A stretch of 56,317 nucleotides of DNA. Source: Spirogloea muscicola. Lineage: Eukaryota. Shown piece by piece: positions 38,650-51,886 of the stretch (its first letter is position 1; each line of letters starts with the position of its first letter). The stretch is from contig WELB01000010.1 in the NCBI GenBank assembly GCA_009602725.1, positions 698,535-754,851 of the forward strand, read 5' to 3'. The position numbers were made by a program, and so were the translations under genes. Below the pieces are notes generated by a model. The model saw nothing but the letters and a program-made list of their open reading frames with translations. It was not told the origin of the DNA and searched no databases.

Positions 38650-40948
38650 ATGGTTGGAGCGCAGATCCTGAGGCAAGCGGAGGCGGAACTACAGATCCAG
38701 GCTCAGCTGCGGCGCCTGCGCGCCGCCAGCGGCCAGGGCCAGCAGGACGCAGCCGCGGCTGCCGCCGCCGCTGCGGCCGCTGCCGAGCGCGAGAGCTTCC
38801 ACTTTGAGAGCAAGCCCGAGCTGCTGAGCCTCGACGACCCCGCCTACTACATGCTCATGCCCTTTGTTCCGGACCGCCAGGCTGTCGTCCTCCTCTCCAA
38901 GCTCCCGGCGCTATTAGAGAAGAGCAACAGCAACAGCAAGCCCCCAAGCGTGCGAGAGAAGACGCGCTGGCTGGATCAACAGGTAAGGCCCGTCTCTGAT
39001 ACAGGAACATACGCAATGTCTTTACCGTCTGCCACTATGCTGCTCTTGTCACCTGGAGCCGGGCAGTGTCTCCTGGCAAGAGGTTATGTTAGCTCTATGC
39101 TCTATGAAGAAGCTGTGATGCTGGTACACTTGATGACTTGTTACCAGCCCGTGACATGTGTTCTGGTGCACTTGTGCAACTTGGTCGTGCTTGTACGTCC
39201 ATGTTGAGAATCTCTATGTACTTGCTAAGTTTTTATATACTTTGCCCAATGTATATAGTCCTTCGAGGTCAAGGTTTTTGCGCACCGTCGAAGTTCTGGC
39301 TCCTCAGGTTGTAGTGATTGAGGAGTCCACTGCAAGAGTCCAGAATTGTGCTCACGCATCTGCACAGTGATGGTGTGAAGCATTCTGCATTCACAGCTTG
39401 TTGCAGGCATCTTGCTGCACACCTAACCACTCAGTTGTTACCCGAGGTTCTGCAGATATCACACCAGCAGTGTCCATATCCTATCAAGCACATCGAATAC
39501 ACGTGCACAGGTGACGCTGGTACGCCATACTTAACCTCCTCTTATCAAGGATCTCGGGAGGTCTTTCGATTGTGAGGTGCAGATGTCATGTGACTTTTGC
39601 AACACATCAGTCATGATATGAGGTCTTTGAGGTGGATGTAGAGGCAAGGTTTTTGCAGCTGGCTTCAGATAGTGACCGCTTGTATGCAACGTAGCTTAAG
39701 GTGCTTATGAGGTCACTGTTTCTTAGTGAAGTTGCTATTGAGGTTCCTGGTTCTTGAGCTTTGAGCTACCAAGGCAAGTTGTCTAGATTCTCATATCGGC
39801 TTGTTGGTCAAGAAGAAGTGGTAGTCCGCTTGTTAAGATTAACGGTGGAGGTTGGCTTTCCAAGTGCCTATCAAACGCACTGTTGTTAGCAGATTGATCC
39901 CCTACACCTGCCTCTTGCTCTGCTCATTTTCTGCTCCATGTTGTTTGCTTTGACAGTGGTACTGTTTGTCTCCGAGAAGGCTGCCAAGCGAGCATTAGCT
40001 CAGTCACCATACAAGTGGGAGTTGCTGGAGATACCAATCAGGCCATGTACTGAAGATGATATCCGAGCTTTATATTGGATAGGAGTATCTGGGGCTCCTC
40101 AGGACCTCTACCCGTTTGTTGAGCAGGTAGCACATCTGTTGCAGATGCCGGGATTGTCAACGTTTTCTAGTGATGGTCGATGATTCCCTTTTGAGTGACT
40201 CATGCTCTCACCTCTGCTGCAGGCACTTCTGCAATTTGGGGAGGTCAGGGGTGAGTATCCCCTTCATTCAAGCCAGACCACACGTGCTGGAATGCTGAAA
40301 TACTATTTTGTGCCCAACCCTCGGAAACGGATTCCACCTGTTATCAAGTTCATCCGGCCAGACACGTAAGCAGCACTCAACAGCACTTTCATTGCTGTGT
40401 CTATGCAAGTGTTCCGCATCCTCAAGCAGCATTAGTTTGTTGTATGTGCTCAAAATTGTGGCCCAGGTTTACAAATGCAACACGATGCAGCTGCTCCATA
40501 AGGTTTTGCAACGACCACAGATTGATAGAGCTATCTCGATCAACTTTGCAGGCCAAAGGGGTACCCTCCAACAACAGTGCGAGTGTTTACACCTGATGGA
40601 GCTTTGTCTCCGAAGTGCATTGACTTTGGAAAGGAACACTCTGTTAATAGTTGTCCCGAGTGCTTCCGCAGAAAGCAGCAGCTACAGATGCAGACTGCAA
40701 TGGTGCACTGAAGACAGGCAAGCATGAGTGTGGTGCTTCTGTGCTTCTTGAGCTGCATTGACCAAAGCATGTATGCCTGACCCATGGCTGGACAGATTTG
40801 TCACAAAAAAGCTCGTGCAAGTGAATGTCTTAGCGTCACCTGCTGCTGTTGTTGAACCACAGGCCTGCGGAGATCACAGATCCATAAATGGAAGACATTG
40901 TGGGCGCTCGACAGCGTTGCGCGTGTCCTGAAGGTCGTTATATTGTAA
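38650..40948 (+). CDS. Orphan spliced gene with predicted tandem RRM-like folds
   Basis: Phase-compatible exons 38650-38982, 39456-39519, 39957-40126 and 40223-40250, plus tentatively 40863-40948. Translation: VVLLSKLP...IKHIEY...AVVLFVSEKAAKRAL...IPIRPC...YWIGVSGAPQDL...ALLQFGEV. The 3' end is uncertain. Confidence 0.55.
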
Positions 40949-41409
40949 GCAAGTGAGGACTGCGGTTGTGCATTATAGCCAGACACGCCCTTCGCAACTT
41001 CCTTCCTTTCCTGAAGGACTTGCCAGTCCACCCATGCTCATACTTGCGACACAAATTACGTTGCAACTGCCTTCGGCGCTTTGGCGTTGCTTACTTACTT
41101 GAAGCATGATATAATAGCACAAGCATGATAGGACAAAGTTATTTACATGATTGCCCCACCTTAGGATGACTGGGGCAACTTTGGCGCACAGCTGCCTTAT
41201 TGACCTCGCTGCTGATACTTTATCTAGAGTTTTTGACAGACATGAGCTGTGTCCTAGCATTACAGCTTGGAGCATTTATGGCTTCACGATATGCAGACAC
41301 CTTACACTTCTGAAGAGCATGATATGAACTGCCTGGTGATCAACCATCTTACAAGGCACCAGTACCAAGCACCTAGTCCACCCTTGCCCTCAATCATTGT
41401 ACACGTGTT

Positions 41410-42773
41410 CTATGTATTCTGATTGTACTTGTAGCGGCACTTGGGACATTCGTAGAAAACTGTTTGTCCTTCATCTGCAGACCGCAGCTGCAAGGGCAGG
41501 CATCAGGGAGCCACAAATAGTAAGTATGGGAGCTGACGTGCGGACAGGCAGTCACCAAATGCATATCAGAGGTAATATCATAAGACGAACACCCCTCTGC
41601 TGTGCTTAAAAAGTGGTTTACTGAAAGGCTGCCAAGGTCTAAGTATCTCCAGACCAGAAGCCGTGGTGATGCTGGAGAACAGACTCTGGACAAATACCTG
41701 CATTGTGTAGTACTCCATCTCTGGATTTCCACACCTGGGGCAAGCCTCTTGTACCTGTAATCAAGGGTAGCAACGTGAATATCAGATTATTACATACGAC
41801 TCAAGTACACTTGCTTGCTTTTAAGCCGTAAGCTTTGCCTAAGTAAGAGCATCAGTGTATCTGCTCTTCTGCAGGCAGCTCATCTTGCCAGCCGTGTGAG
41901 TATGTCTCTCTACCCATTTTGGTCAATACATCACAGTTAGCAAACTGCACCTCATGACAGATTGATCCATGACCTACGTGAAGGCACTCAGGCAGCTACC
42001 CAGGGACCATGCTTGGCGCATGGACATTAGCATAAGGTTAATAGCAGCTGGGCTTGACAGCGCCCTCGAGACTTGAGAGTGCTTCAAGTCTCACCAGGCA
42101 GGAACCATGCCATCTGAAGCTGTTAAGCAGCAGAGGAGTGCCCAGAGAATTACGCCCCAGAGACACACCTTGGCACGCTCTTTGCCGTCAGAGGCTGTTG
42201 CTGCGGAGGCGGCAGCAGCGGAGTCCGCCGCCAGCGGCACAAGGGGCTCGATGCCATAGCGGCGCATGAAGTCCTGGGAGCGACAATGCAAAGGAGCATC
42301 ACACGAGGGACATCGCATCGAGAAGCCTGGCTTGCAGAGCTGAGAACCAAGAAGCTGCTTAGTCCAATCTGGGCCTCACCTCCGGCCCGCTGGACGTCAC
42401 GAGGGACACGCCGCTGAGCTCTACATCGGGGCAAGGTGCGTCAAGCCGGGGGACGGTCGGTCAGGCCTTGGGCTGCACAACATGCAGGCACGGCCGTTGA
42501 GTCGCGGCTGCCATTACAGCCGCGACTGTCCGGCCTCTAGAGGAGCTCGGCCCGCCATCGCGACCGTCATTATGGGCCCTCAGCGGCTCTCGAGGAGTTG
42601 GTTGAGGCCGCGGCCGCCGCAGCGGGAGGGCTCGCACACGAACCCGCCAGGTCGCGCTGATAGCGACAGAGCGGGCAGCTGCCGGTGGCGCCCGTGGCGG
42701 GCAGGTCCAGCAGCGTGCCGCAGCGCGGGCAGAAGAGATGTGCGTGGCCCGCCGCGGCGCGCGGGCCGGCCAT
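41410..42773 (-). CDS. RPA12: RNA polymerase I subunit RPA12 (ZNRD1-like), 5 exons
   Basis: N-terminal zinc ribbon [10 protein letters not shown]...CPLC and C-terminal TFIIS-like [32 protein letters not shown]. Confidence 0.93.
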
Positions 42774-43279
42774 GGTAACGTCGCGGCTGAAGCTAGCTTT
42801 AGTGGCTGAAGCTCTGCCCCGAACCCCAAGCGAACATCAGTCGGAGTCTGGCGCAGGGGGGTTTAAAAATAAGTGCGCGCCCATAGAGAAGAGGGCTTAA
42901 ACCCCTAAGCCAAAACTCGGAAGAACGCAGGGGAGTATGGTGGAAGAGACCGGGGATATTTAGTGTCCCCCTTAGCCAGCTCATTACCCAGTTAAAAGGA
43001 CATTTGTAAGGCCAGCATTGGCCTCCCTTTCGATTCCATCGCACCGCGCGCGCGCCTTCTCTCAGAGTCGCGTAATGGAGAGACCGTACTTAGGGGTAAA
43101 GCCCTCTTGGCACCTTACAGTACCTGTACTGCTTTACTTTGGCCTCCCTCTCGTTCTCCCTCTCATTCGCTTCCCTTGTCTGGCTGGCCCTGCAGCCGAG
43201 GTGGAGGAAGACTCCTTCGCCAATACTTGCACTGAGGATCGTTCGCGAGTCAGCAATCTGCTCCTACCCCTCCTTGCAA

Positions 43280-44140
43280 CCCTCCTCACTCCTTTCTCGG
43301 CGCTTGCCCAAGCACCGGACAAAGGGGCACAGGCAAGACTCATTGCTGCAGTTGATGAGCGTCGCAAGATGCTGAGGAGGATGCCAGCAATCAAGACCAA
43401 CCCAAGGAGCCTGGCACGACTCAACTCTTTTGCAACACCTGGGGCTACCAACTGGCTCACGACTCACGCCAACCACAATGATCATTATCCAGCCCCGAGG
43501 CCTGTGAGACGCTCCTTCAACTGTCCTTTGCCTGCCCCCCACCTGCCTGATTGGTCCGATTTCAGTGTAAGTGCTGCTTTCACACGGAGGGCGGAGACCT
43601 CGCTACACATATGCTGCGATGTCCAGTGGCCCTGAAGTGGTGGGCGTTTAACATCTACTGCGGGATGCCCTGGCGGACACGACGGGTGACGCCGGCTTCT
43701 GCACCATTTTGAAGGGAACAGCAATATGCCCATTTCCATGGACGCTCAGGGACGCCATACCCATCAAACCCTCGACATTGTGGGAGCACAACCTGGCCGA
43801 GGCCCACAAGCCTTGGTTAATGTGGTTGTGACGGAGACGTACAAGAGTTCAGCATCGACATACATTGCTGGCCACGCTGTGGGAGTTGCAGAGCAGAGAG
43901 CTCCTACACTACTATGACTACCCACGCAGTGATCACCTCCTACCAGCCGCAACTGACACCTTCGGCTGCATGGGTCCTCGCTTCCATACCTTACTTGAGA
44001 AGATCACGAGTCTGGAATATGCACGATGTTAGAATATGCTTCCCGCCGAGATGGGCATGCCGGCAGCCACACGACGTCGGTTTTGCGACGTCGAGTGTCA
44101 GCCTGTTTGCAGCGAGCTCAGGCTCATGCTTTGCACCAGA
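43280..44140 (+). mobile_element. CRE-like retrotransposon fragment (post-RT linker, CCHC, RLE), degenerate
   Basis: QAPDKGAQARLIAAV...ARLNSFATPGATNWL...CKCC..HICC...TLDIVG...LVNVVV...CLQRAQAHALHQK. Confidence 0.85.
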
Positions 44141-44149
44141 AAGGTGGAA

Positions 44150-45060
44150 TTGTGTGGAGTGATGGAGGGCATGAGTGGCCAACTACAAAGGCAAGCACAT
44201 GACAGATGTACATTACCTGCTGCTAAGCTGACCAGCTTGAGCCACCAGCTAAAGCTCGACCAGCAATCTGGTGCAAAGCATGACCTGAGCTCGCTGCAAA
44301 CAGGCTTTCACACAATGTCGCAAAAACGACAAAAAGGCTGCCCGCATGCCCATCTCGGCTGGAAGGCGACGCGCTTATCCTAGACTTCGCGATGTTCTCA
44401 AGTAGGGTATATAAACGAGGACCCACGCAGTCAAAGGAGTCAATTGCAGCTGGTAGGAGGTGATCGCTACGGGGTTAGTCAGAGTAGTGCTGCAGGTTTC
44501 TCTGCTCTGCACTTCCCACTGCGTGGCCAGCAATGTGGTCGACGGTGAACTCTTGTACCTCCGTCACAACCACATCGACCAAGGCTCGTGCATCTCCGCC
44601 AGGTTGTACACACACAGTATCTGGGATGCGACAGTGATGGCGTCCCTGAGCGTAAGTGGTGATGGGCATGTTCACCTCCATAATAAAGCGGTAGCCAGGG
44701 CCATCCCATGGTAGATTGTGAACGCCCACCACTTCACGGCCAGTGGGACATTGCAGCAATGTGTTCGTAGTGAGGACTCCTCCCTCCGCGTGAAAGCTGC
44801 ACTTACATTGACGGACTCCAATCAGGCAGGTGGGAGGCTGCCAAGGCACAGTTGAAGGAGCGTCCAATACGCGTTGGGGCTGATCTTGAAGGCACTGTGG
44901 ATGGCATGGGTAGGGAGCCAGTCAGTAGCCCCAGGTGTTGCAAGAGAAGTGAGTCGTGCCAGATTCCTTGGGTTGTTCCTGATTCCTGGCATCCTCCTCA
45001 GCGTCTTGCGGCGCTCATCTTCAACTACAGCGATGAGTCTAGCCTGTGCCCCTTTGTCCT
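44150..45060 (-). mobile_element. CRE-like retrotransposon 3' fragment, tail-to-tail with the preceding copy
   Basis: DKGAQARLIAVVEDERRK...ARLTSLATPGATDWLP...LLQLCLG..CKCS..LLQC...LVDVVV...type A UTR. Confidence 0.85.
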
Positions 45061-45819
45061 GCACTTTCGAGCATGGCTGCCAACCCTCTCGTGTTGAATA
45101 GCGCTGGCAGCCCTGGCAGGGGACCTGCGTGGCTGGGGCTTCTCCGAGGCCAGTGTGGGCTGGGGGCTGTGGAGGAAAGCAGCCCTGCCGATGATGATGG
45201 CGTCCATCGCAACTTCCGGCTTGATGACATTTTTCCACAAGCGGCCCAGGCAGCAGCGGAGGTAGAGGTAACAGGGGAGGTAGTCGGAGCAACGGTGGCG
45301 GCTCCGGAGCAGGCACTGAGGGAGGAACTGGTGAGTGTGAGGGTGGAGCTGGGGGGGGAGAAGGTCGGAGCAGAGGCAACAAACTCCGAGGCCGCCAGAG
45401 GAGAGAGTCACTAGCGGGCTGACGACAATGCCAGCTCGGGGGTCCGTGTTTGGGGTCTCGGAGAGTGCGTCCGAGGTGGCCGAGATGCGCAAGCTGCTGG
45501 GCTGGTCCAACAGGCGCAGCCTCTCCTTCGGGCAGGAGGTCGGGCTCGGATGTCGACGTCGTCATTGTGGTCGCCTCAGGCGTGAGCACGATCCGAGGGC
45601 TGCGGCCCTCGTTGGAAGAGCCCTCTGCATTCGGTGGAGCTGGTGGACATGGCGGTGATCTGCCGGGGGTGGGAGGAGCTGGAGGGGCCGCTGGGAGGCT
45701 GGGTAGAGTGGCCACTGAAGCAGTGGCGGCGCTGCCGCACGCGGGCCAGCGGGCAGCGGACCGCGGCGGCGGCGGCGGAGACGGGGAGGGCGGGGAGGCG
45801 CTGGAGGCGAAGGTGGCCT

Positions 45820-46091
45820 GTACAGAGAGCTGGTCGAGCCTCAGCTGGTGACCCGGGCTTGTCGAAATTGCCGTCTGGTGTTCGGGCACCGGTTAGCGTT
45901 GTCTATGTCGGGAACTCGTGGTGACTGACCGGCTGAGCAGCAGGTGATGAACGTCTGTCACATGTGCTTGCCTGCAAGTGCTTGGCCACTCAGGTCCCTC
46001 TCCATCTACTGTAGGTTAATGTAGGTCTTAAGATGTGCTTGCCTATGTACTTGGCCATTTGGCCTTCGTTTATTTCAAATACACGAAATTT
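45820..46091 (+). mobile_element. Two nested CRE-like type A 3' ends just upstream of YgfZ
   Basis: Older copy QRAGRA...LPSGVRAPVSVVYV at 45820-46006; younger copy at 46007-46091 flanked by TCTCCATC at 45999-46006 and 46092-46099. Confidence 0.8.
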
Positions 46092-46258
46092 TCTCCATCA
46101 CCAGGCATTCACTTACCTCCCAACACACTCCGTTTTCCTCCCAGTCCATGTGGACCGGTGCGCCTACTCCTGGCCACCATCCGCCCCGCCTGCTCGCCGC
46201 GAATTTCGCCGGACGCGGCGGCGGCGGCGGCGGCGGCGGCTGCGGCGTGTCGGCCGCC

Positions 46259-49200
46259 ATGAGCGCGGCTGCTGCGAGCGCCTGGCAGGGCCCGGCAGCG
46301 ACCGCCAACGCGCGCCGCCAAGCTGGGGCCTCTGGGCCACGGCATGGCCTCGTCCCAAGCCCGCCGCCGCGCTTGCGGCGTCAGGAGGCCGCCGCGCCAT
46401 TAGTGAGCGCAGCCGTGCGAGGCGGTAGTGGAGGATGGTGGAATAAGTGGACTTGGCGAGGATCTCCTGGCGGTGCTGCACCCCGAGCTGCCGCCTCGTC
46501 CTCGGGCAGCCTGCCTGCCCCGCCGCCGGTGGGCGAGGACCTGCTGGTGAGGGCCCGCTTTCGTTCGTTTGACCGGTTGTCCTGAGCTTGTGACGCCGTC
46601 AGCCGTCCAAGAGCTGGCCAGTCGCCTGCAATGCCCGCTCCCAGCCCAGCGGTGGAGCTCAGGCAGCCGTCAGTGGCATCTATCAGTGGCCAGCCGGCAC
46701 GGCATGCCTCGCTGGCCGCTGCTCCTTGGAGGGGTGTGACCGCCCGAGCGGCTTCGTGTGGCACACTCTGCGGTCCCTCAGAGCCCTTAACAGCGCCTCG
46801 GCAGCGCTTCTGAGGCCTGGGTTGCCATGGTTTGCAGTGCTGGTCAGTCCATTTGCTGCTCGCTCTGACTGGCAAGATCGCTGTGCCGTTGGCCGCAGAG
46901 CTGCATGGAGGATGACGGCGGGCAGCTCGACGACAGCGGCACCGCTGTAACCTTTGGCAATGACGATCTGGCGCTCCACGCTGTGGCTAATTCTGTCGTG
47001 GTGAGTGCTGGCCCAAATACAGCTCGCGCTGGCAGGGCCGTGCTTTGTCACAGAAGTAATAGCGACTGTGGCGGCTTTACTTTTCATTGCTCAAGGGGGC
47101 CAGCTGGTGTGCCTGAGCTTCACGTAGGAGCTTGCATCTCTCAAATTTTCTGCAGCATTGTGGATTGTAGTGATGGCCTTGTGCCCCGTGTGCAGCGTTT
47201 GGCCTAGCATGTGCAAAAGCGTCTTCTGTCAAGATACAACCTTCCAATGGCAGCAGGACAAGCGAAATCACTTACCAGTTACCCCGTTGGTTGCATGTGT
47301 GAAGGTTGCTGATTTGTCACGCTTGGGTCGACTTCGTGGTAAGTGCAATGGTGGACTCAGCCCTAGCCTGAGTTTATACAGCTGTAGCAGAATGAATGTG
47401 CAGAAGCCAGAGGAGCTGCAGTGATGATTTGCAGCAGCGCAGATATATCATACAATGTATTATCAATGACGTCTCTGTCAAGGAGTGCAGATCTTGTACT
47501 GTGTAGTCATTTGTATAGCGCTAGATACGTTGTAGCTCGGATCTTCAAGCTCCATGGATCATTGTAAATATCTTTGTAAACATCATTCTCAGATGTTGGT
47601 TGTAGAGTGGAATCACAAGTGCAATATGCATTGCGGCTGTAGATGGGCTCTTTCCTATGCTCTGGGATGCCAAGTGCAGTGACCGGAGAAGATCGATTAA
47701 GGTTCCTGCACAATCAGAGTACAGCAGACTTCCAGTCCCTTAAAGAAGGACAAGTGAGCAGATCCTTCTGATCCTCTGTTTCTGAAAATCTGTGTGATGA
47801 CCCTGACATCACACAGTGCGCACAACAGCTTTGGTTGTGCGCACTTGGACATGGTTGTGATCACAAGCAACCTTCACATAAGTGACTGGAGCTTCTCCTT
47901 CATCACTGGAGCTTCTCCTTATCAAGTACTTTCTCCTTGATTCGTGTATCAATGCTTTTGGTGCTTGCAGGGTTGTGACACAGTGTTTATCACAAATACG
48001 GCAAGGACAATTGACAGGGCATCGGCACTGGTCATGGTGTGTTGTGCTCTCAGTTAGACTACCTAAATGCACACGTCTGCACCACTGTGTCTGCTCCACC
48101 CACTGACTTGCCTGCCATCAATTCTGATTGTGTTTTATCTGTCATGTTATCAGAGAGCATGACCATGTGACTGTTGGTTACCACAGGAGAATGCAGTCAT
48201 CATCACGGTCTCAGCTGACAAGCGCGAGGAGATACTCCACATGCTTGACAGGTTTTGCCTGTTAGGAAGATCATCAGTTGTAGCACCAGGCTCCTGTGAG
48301 AATCTGAAGTATCATGTAGGCCTTGCAACATTGAAGCTTGACCAAATTTGCTATTTCCTGCAAAATAGTCCTTATCTTATCTTTGTGATGTGCTTCTTGA
48401 TGAGCTGTTACAGAATGTTCTTGACCACTCTGTAGGTACATCTTTTTTGCTGACAAGGTTGAGGTGCAAGATATCACGTTCATGACAAACCTATTAGCTG
48501 TAGTTGGTCCTCAAGCTGACCAAGTGAGTTGTTGATCAACACTCGGACCACTTCTTCAAGCATCATGGTCTTTGTGGAGAGCGTCGATGCATGTGATGCG
48601 CAAGTTCTCATGGATGTCAGTCATTTGTTGTGCTCGCATTCGGATGTGCTTCATTACCGCTGTACATGTGACTCCAGAGGTTGCTTGTTGATTTTGATTG
48701 TCATAGCAATTGCTCAATTGCTTGCAGAAGCATCTGACTTCTTTATCAATCTTCCTCTGACTTGTGCACCTGTTCAGCTACTCATCAGTCTGAATCTTGG
48801 CAACATTGTTGGACGGCCCTTTGGCAGCCATGAGCACTTTCAGGTAAGCTTTCTGTGGACTACCTTAGCCGATGTGCTTACTGCCATTTGATGCTTTCGA
48901 TCAATGAGCCAAGAATGGGCAATGTCAGGCACACAGTTCAGGAGCACTTTCAGTGTTGAAATAAGGCATGACATTGCTATTAGCAGTATTGCCATCTCAT
49001 ACAGATCCGGTGGTCGCCTGAGATGCACAGTTTCAGGGTACTGCCGTGACTGTCGCTGTCGGATGCCACGCCAGCAGGAGTGGTTACACATTCTTGCTGT
49101 CGACTGAAGGAGCTGGCCTGGTGTGGAGAGCATTGGTGCAAGGCGGTGCAGTGCCAATGAGCTCTCGTGCTTGGGAAGTCTACAGGATACTGCAAGGTGG

Positions 49201-50381
49201 TCCTAAGTAGCAACTTTAGGTGGTGTCGCAGGGTTCTTAATAAGGTGGCGTTGCAGGGTATCTTCTGCCTTACATTTGTACCTGCTTCTGACTTAGCTTG
49301 AGAAGCCTCGTAGGAGATGTGTGCATGTTGCTCATCATGGAGTGGCATGATGGACTATGTTATTATCATGATTGCCAATAAAATGCTGCAGGATGGGCTG
49401 TGCCCCGTCTTGATCGAGCTTGCATTGCTAGGAGTAAGGAGCCAGCGTTATTACAAGGGGATGCTGAGGCAAGGCGCTTGACTTTACCCCTCTTTCCTAA
49501 TGTTGTCGGAGCTATAGGGGTTCCAGTGCCAGGGAAGGAGCTAACAGAGGACTTCAATCCCCTGGAGGCCGGATTATGGCATACAATCTCAACCACCAAA
49601 GGTAGGCTTGCTCTTTCAGGCCTAATCAATCTTCACCGCGATTCGAGATCAGCACCGTATTGTGAGCTCATGCTTGGAGAGCTGAAGATCTACATCCTTG
49701 CAATAAAGTTATTCAAAAGCAGTAGTGTTTGGCTTAATGACATCTTATTACATTCTCTCGCTGCAGGTTGTTACATTGGTCAAGAGACCATAGCAAGATT
49801 GATCACCTATGACGGTGTAAAGCAGCACCTGTGGGGAGTACAACTTGAGGGCCCCGTTGAGTGCAACACAGTGATCACAGTAGGAGATCAGAAGGTTTGG
49901 ACTTGCTCTTAAGTCGTTTTGCTCTTAAGTCGTCTTTTGTGCTTCTGACCCGTCCATCCAAATTCGTGATGAGGCTTTGCATCCGGACCATGGGTGCAAA
50001 TGCTTTGAAGATGCCATGCTTACTTCTAGCTCTTTCCACCGTGCGCGTGAGATACAGATTACAGGCCATTGGAAGGAATCAATGATCCGCTCCGACCCTC
50101 CTTCATGCAATCAAATAGTAGCAGTTCATGCCTTGCTATTTTTGGTCGTGAGATTAGCTGTGTCGCTAATGTTGCCTTTTGTTGTTGAAATTGCTTCTCA
50201 GGTCGGAAAGCTCACAAGCTACACTAGGGTTGGCGACACAGAAGAGCATTTTGGGTTGTGCTACATAAAGCGCAAAGTAGGGCAATCAGGGATGGAAGTA
50301 GATATTCAAGGCGTGAAAGGCTCTTTAGTAGAGGTATCATATGGAACCCACTTAACTGGTCAGACGTCAATCGCTAAGTAG
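46259..50381 (+). CDS. Folate-dependent Fe-S cluster protein YgfZ/COG0354 (GcvT-like), probable plastid form, multi-exon
   Basis: Transit-peptide-like N-terminus, VADLSRLGRLR/VTGEDRLRFLHNQST, YIFFADKV, ELTEDFNPLEAGL...ISTTKG/CYIGQETIARL (KGCYxGQE signature) and VGKLTS. Confidence 0.92.
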
Positions 50382-51415
50382 GGCAATGAGGGGCTGAAGT
50401 TGATCTTCAATGACGCGAGACATTTGAAATAGAGATATCATGTGGAACTCACGTACTTGGTCCGATGTGAAAAGCTGATGTACGACTGTGAAGCGGATTG
50501 CCCATACTGAAATTCTGAAGATCCACGCCTCCTAAACTTGCTCAAGAAGTCATGCCATCACCGCGTGTGCAAGATCTCTTCCACCATTTATTTGCAGGTA
50601 TTGAGCAACCACATGCTGATCAGAAAGTTTGAAGTATCTCCCAATGTTGGCCAGTGGCACAGTCAATCAATGTGTAGTTTGTTGTGCTAATTCGATTGTC
50701 CTCTAAGCTTCTTCATCCAATGCTTGTCCAAGTTTGGAAAGTGTCCCTGGCCAACCTGCGTGGCTAGAGCCAAGAAGCTTATCATCAGCACGCCAAGCTA
50801 AGGCCATGGAGGGTCTTGCTGATGTACTGGCTGGAGCCCGCCCTTTCTGACTAGCCTTTAAAGTGGAATACCTACAAGGGTGTCGAAAAGAGAGTCCCTC
50901 ACTGAGGAGGTTAACCAGATGCGGGCAGTCTCATTGCCATAAGTTCTCTGTCCCTTACCGAGAGGGCCTTGAGCTCATGGTGCGCCACAACCAAGGCACT
51001 CTTGTGCAACACGGAGGGCTATGCGGCTGAGCTACAAGCCTTGCCAGCTTTACATGAAGGCCTTGTGTAGCTTGCTGTCACTGCTGCACAATAAGATAGT
51101 GTAAATCATGCTGCAGGATGTAGCTGGGCCTCTGCGTGTCATTCCAAGGTGGACAAGGTGGTCAAGATCGCTAGTTACGACCCAATGCCAGATTTCCTTG
51201 CTTCCCTGAGGATTATCGGCAGGTGCTCTACTCTTCGCTCTACTCTTCGCTGGGACTCTTCCCAGCATACCTTGGCAATCTTTGGAAGTGTGTATGGCTA
51301 GATCTTGTAGCAAGAGCTCAAAAGATATGACAATATGCAAAAGGTATGCGTCGACTTACCAAATGATAACTCAATCTGAACCTTGGGTGTGGATTAACTG
51401 GCCCTCGGCACTGAC

Positions 51416-51679
51416 TTAATGGCCTTGAGAGTGAAGAGTGTCTCCAAGGACTTTCAGTCTCAGCAAAGCGTCGCTAAGCAGGTGGCGAATCTGGGCTGTA
51501 TCTGTTGTCGCCCTATGCCGGTCCATCTCCTCTCTCATGAGGGCCTTCAGCTCACCGCGCTGCGGCCGCGGCGCTCTTTGTGCAACGCGGAGAGCTTTGC
51601 GGTACAGCGTCAGGACTTGCGAGCGGAGGATGAAGGCTTTGAAGAGCTGCTTGCCAGCGTCGCCGCTGCGACGAGACAT
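51416..51679 (-). CDS. LYR-motif protein (LYRM2-like), single exon
   Basis: FKAFILRSQVLTLYRKALR...REEMDRHR..TD..QIRHLL. Confidence 0.85.
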   Translation of the reverse strand: MSRRSGDAGKQLFKAFILRSQVLTLYRKALRVAQRAPRPQRGELKALMREEMDRHRATTDTAQIRHLLSDALLRLKVLGDTLHSQGH

Positions 51680-51842
51680 GCTAGCTCATGGCGCAAGACT
51701 GTAGCTGAGCGTCCGTCGGCGCCGCCGGCGCAAGGCGGCGCTCACGACGGCGGCGGCCTCAGAGGGCAGTGGCGCGCGCGGGTGGGCAACGAAAGCCCTG
51801 TTCAGAAGAATGCGGCTACTGATTCATCTATTCCGTGCCAAT

Positions 51843-51845
<3 letters not shown>

Positions 51846-51882
<37 letters not shown>
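51846..51882 (+). repeat. (GA)n microsatellite abutting a type C element end, upstream of the LYR gene
   Basis: gagagag...gaga directly followed by aggcgcacggtgcgcacgaaat. Confidence 0.95.

Positions 51883-51886
<4 letters not shown>

Noticed and set aside
46259..51679. Fe-S or sulfur gene cluster (YgfZ + LYR protein, with APR-B nearby)
   Set aside because: The proteins likely act in different organelles, the genes are convergent and interspersed with unrelated housekeeping genes; chance adjacency is sufficient.
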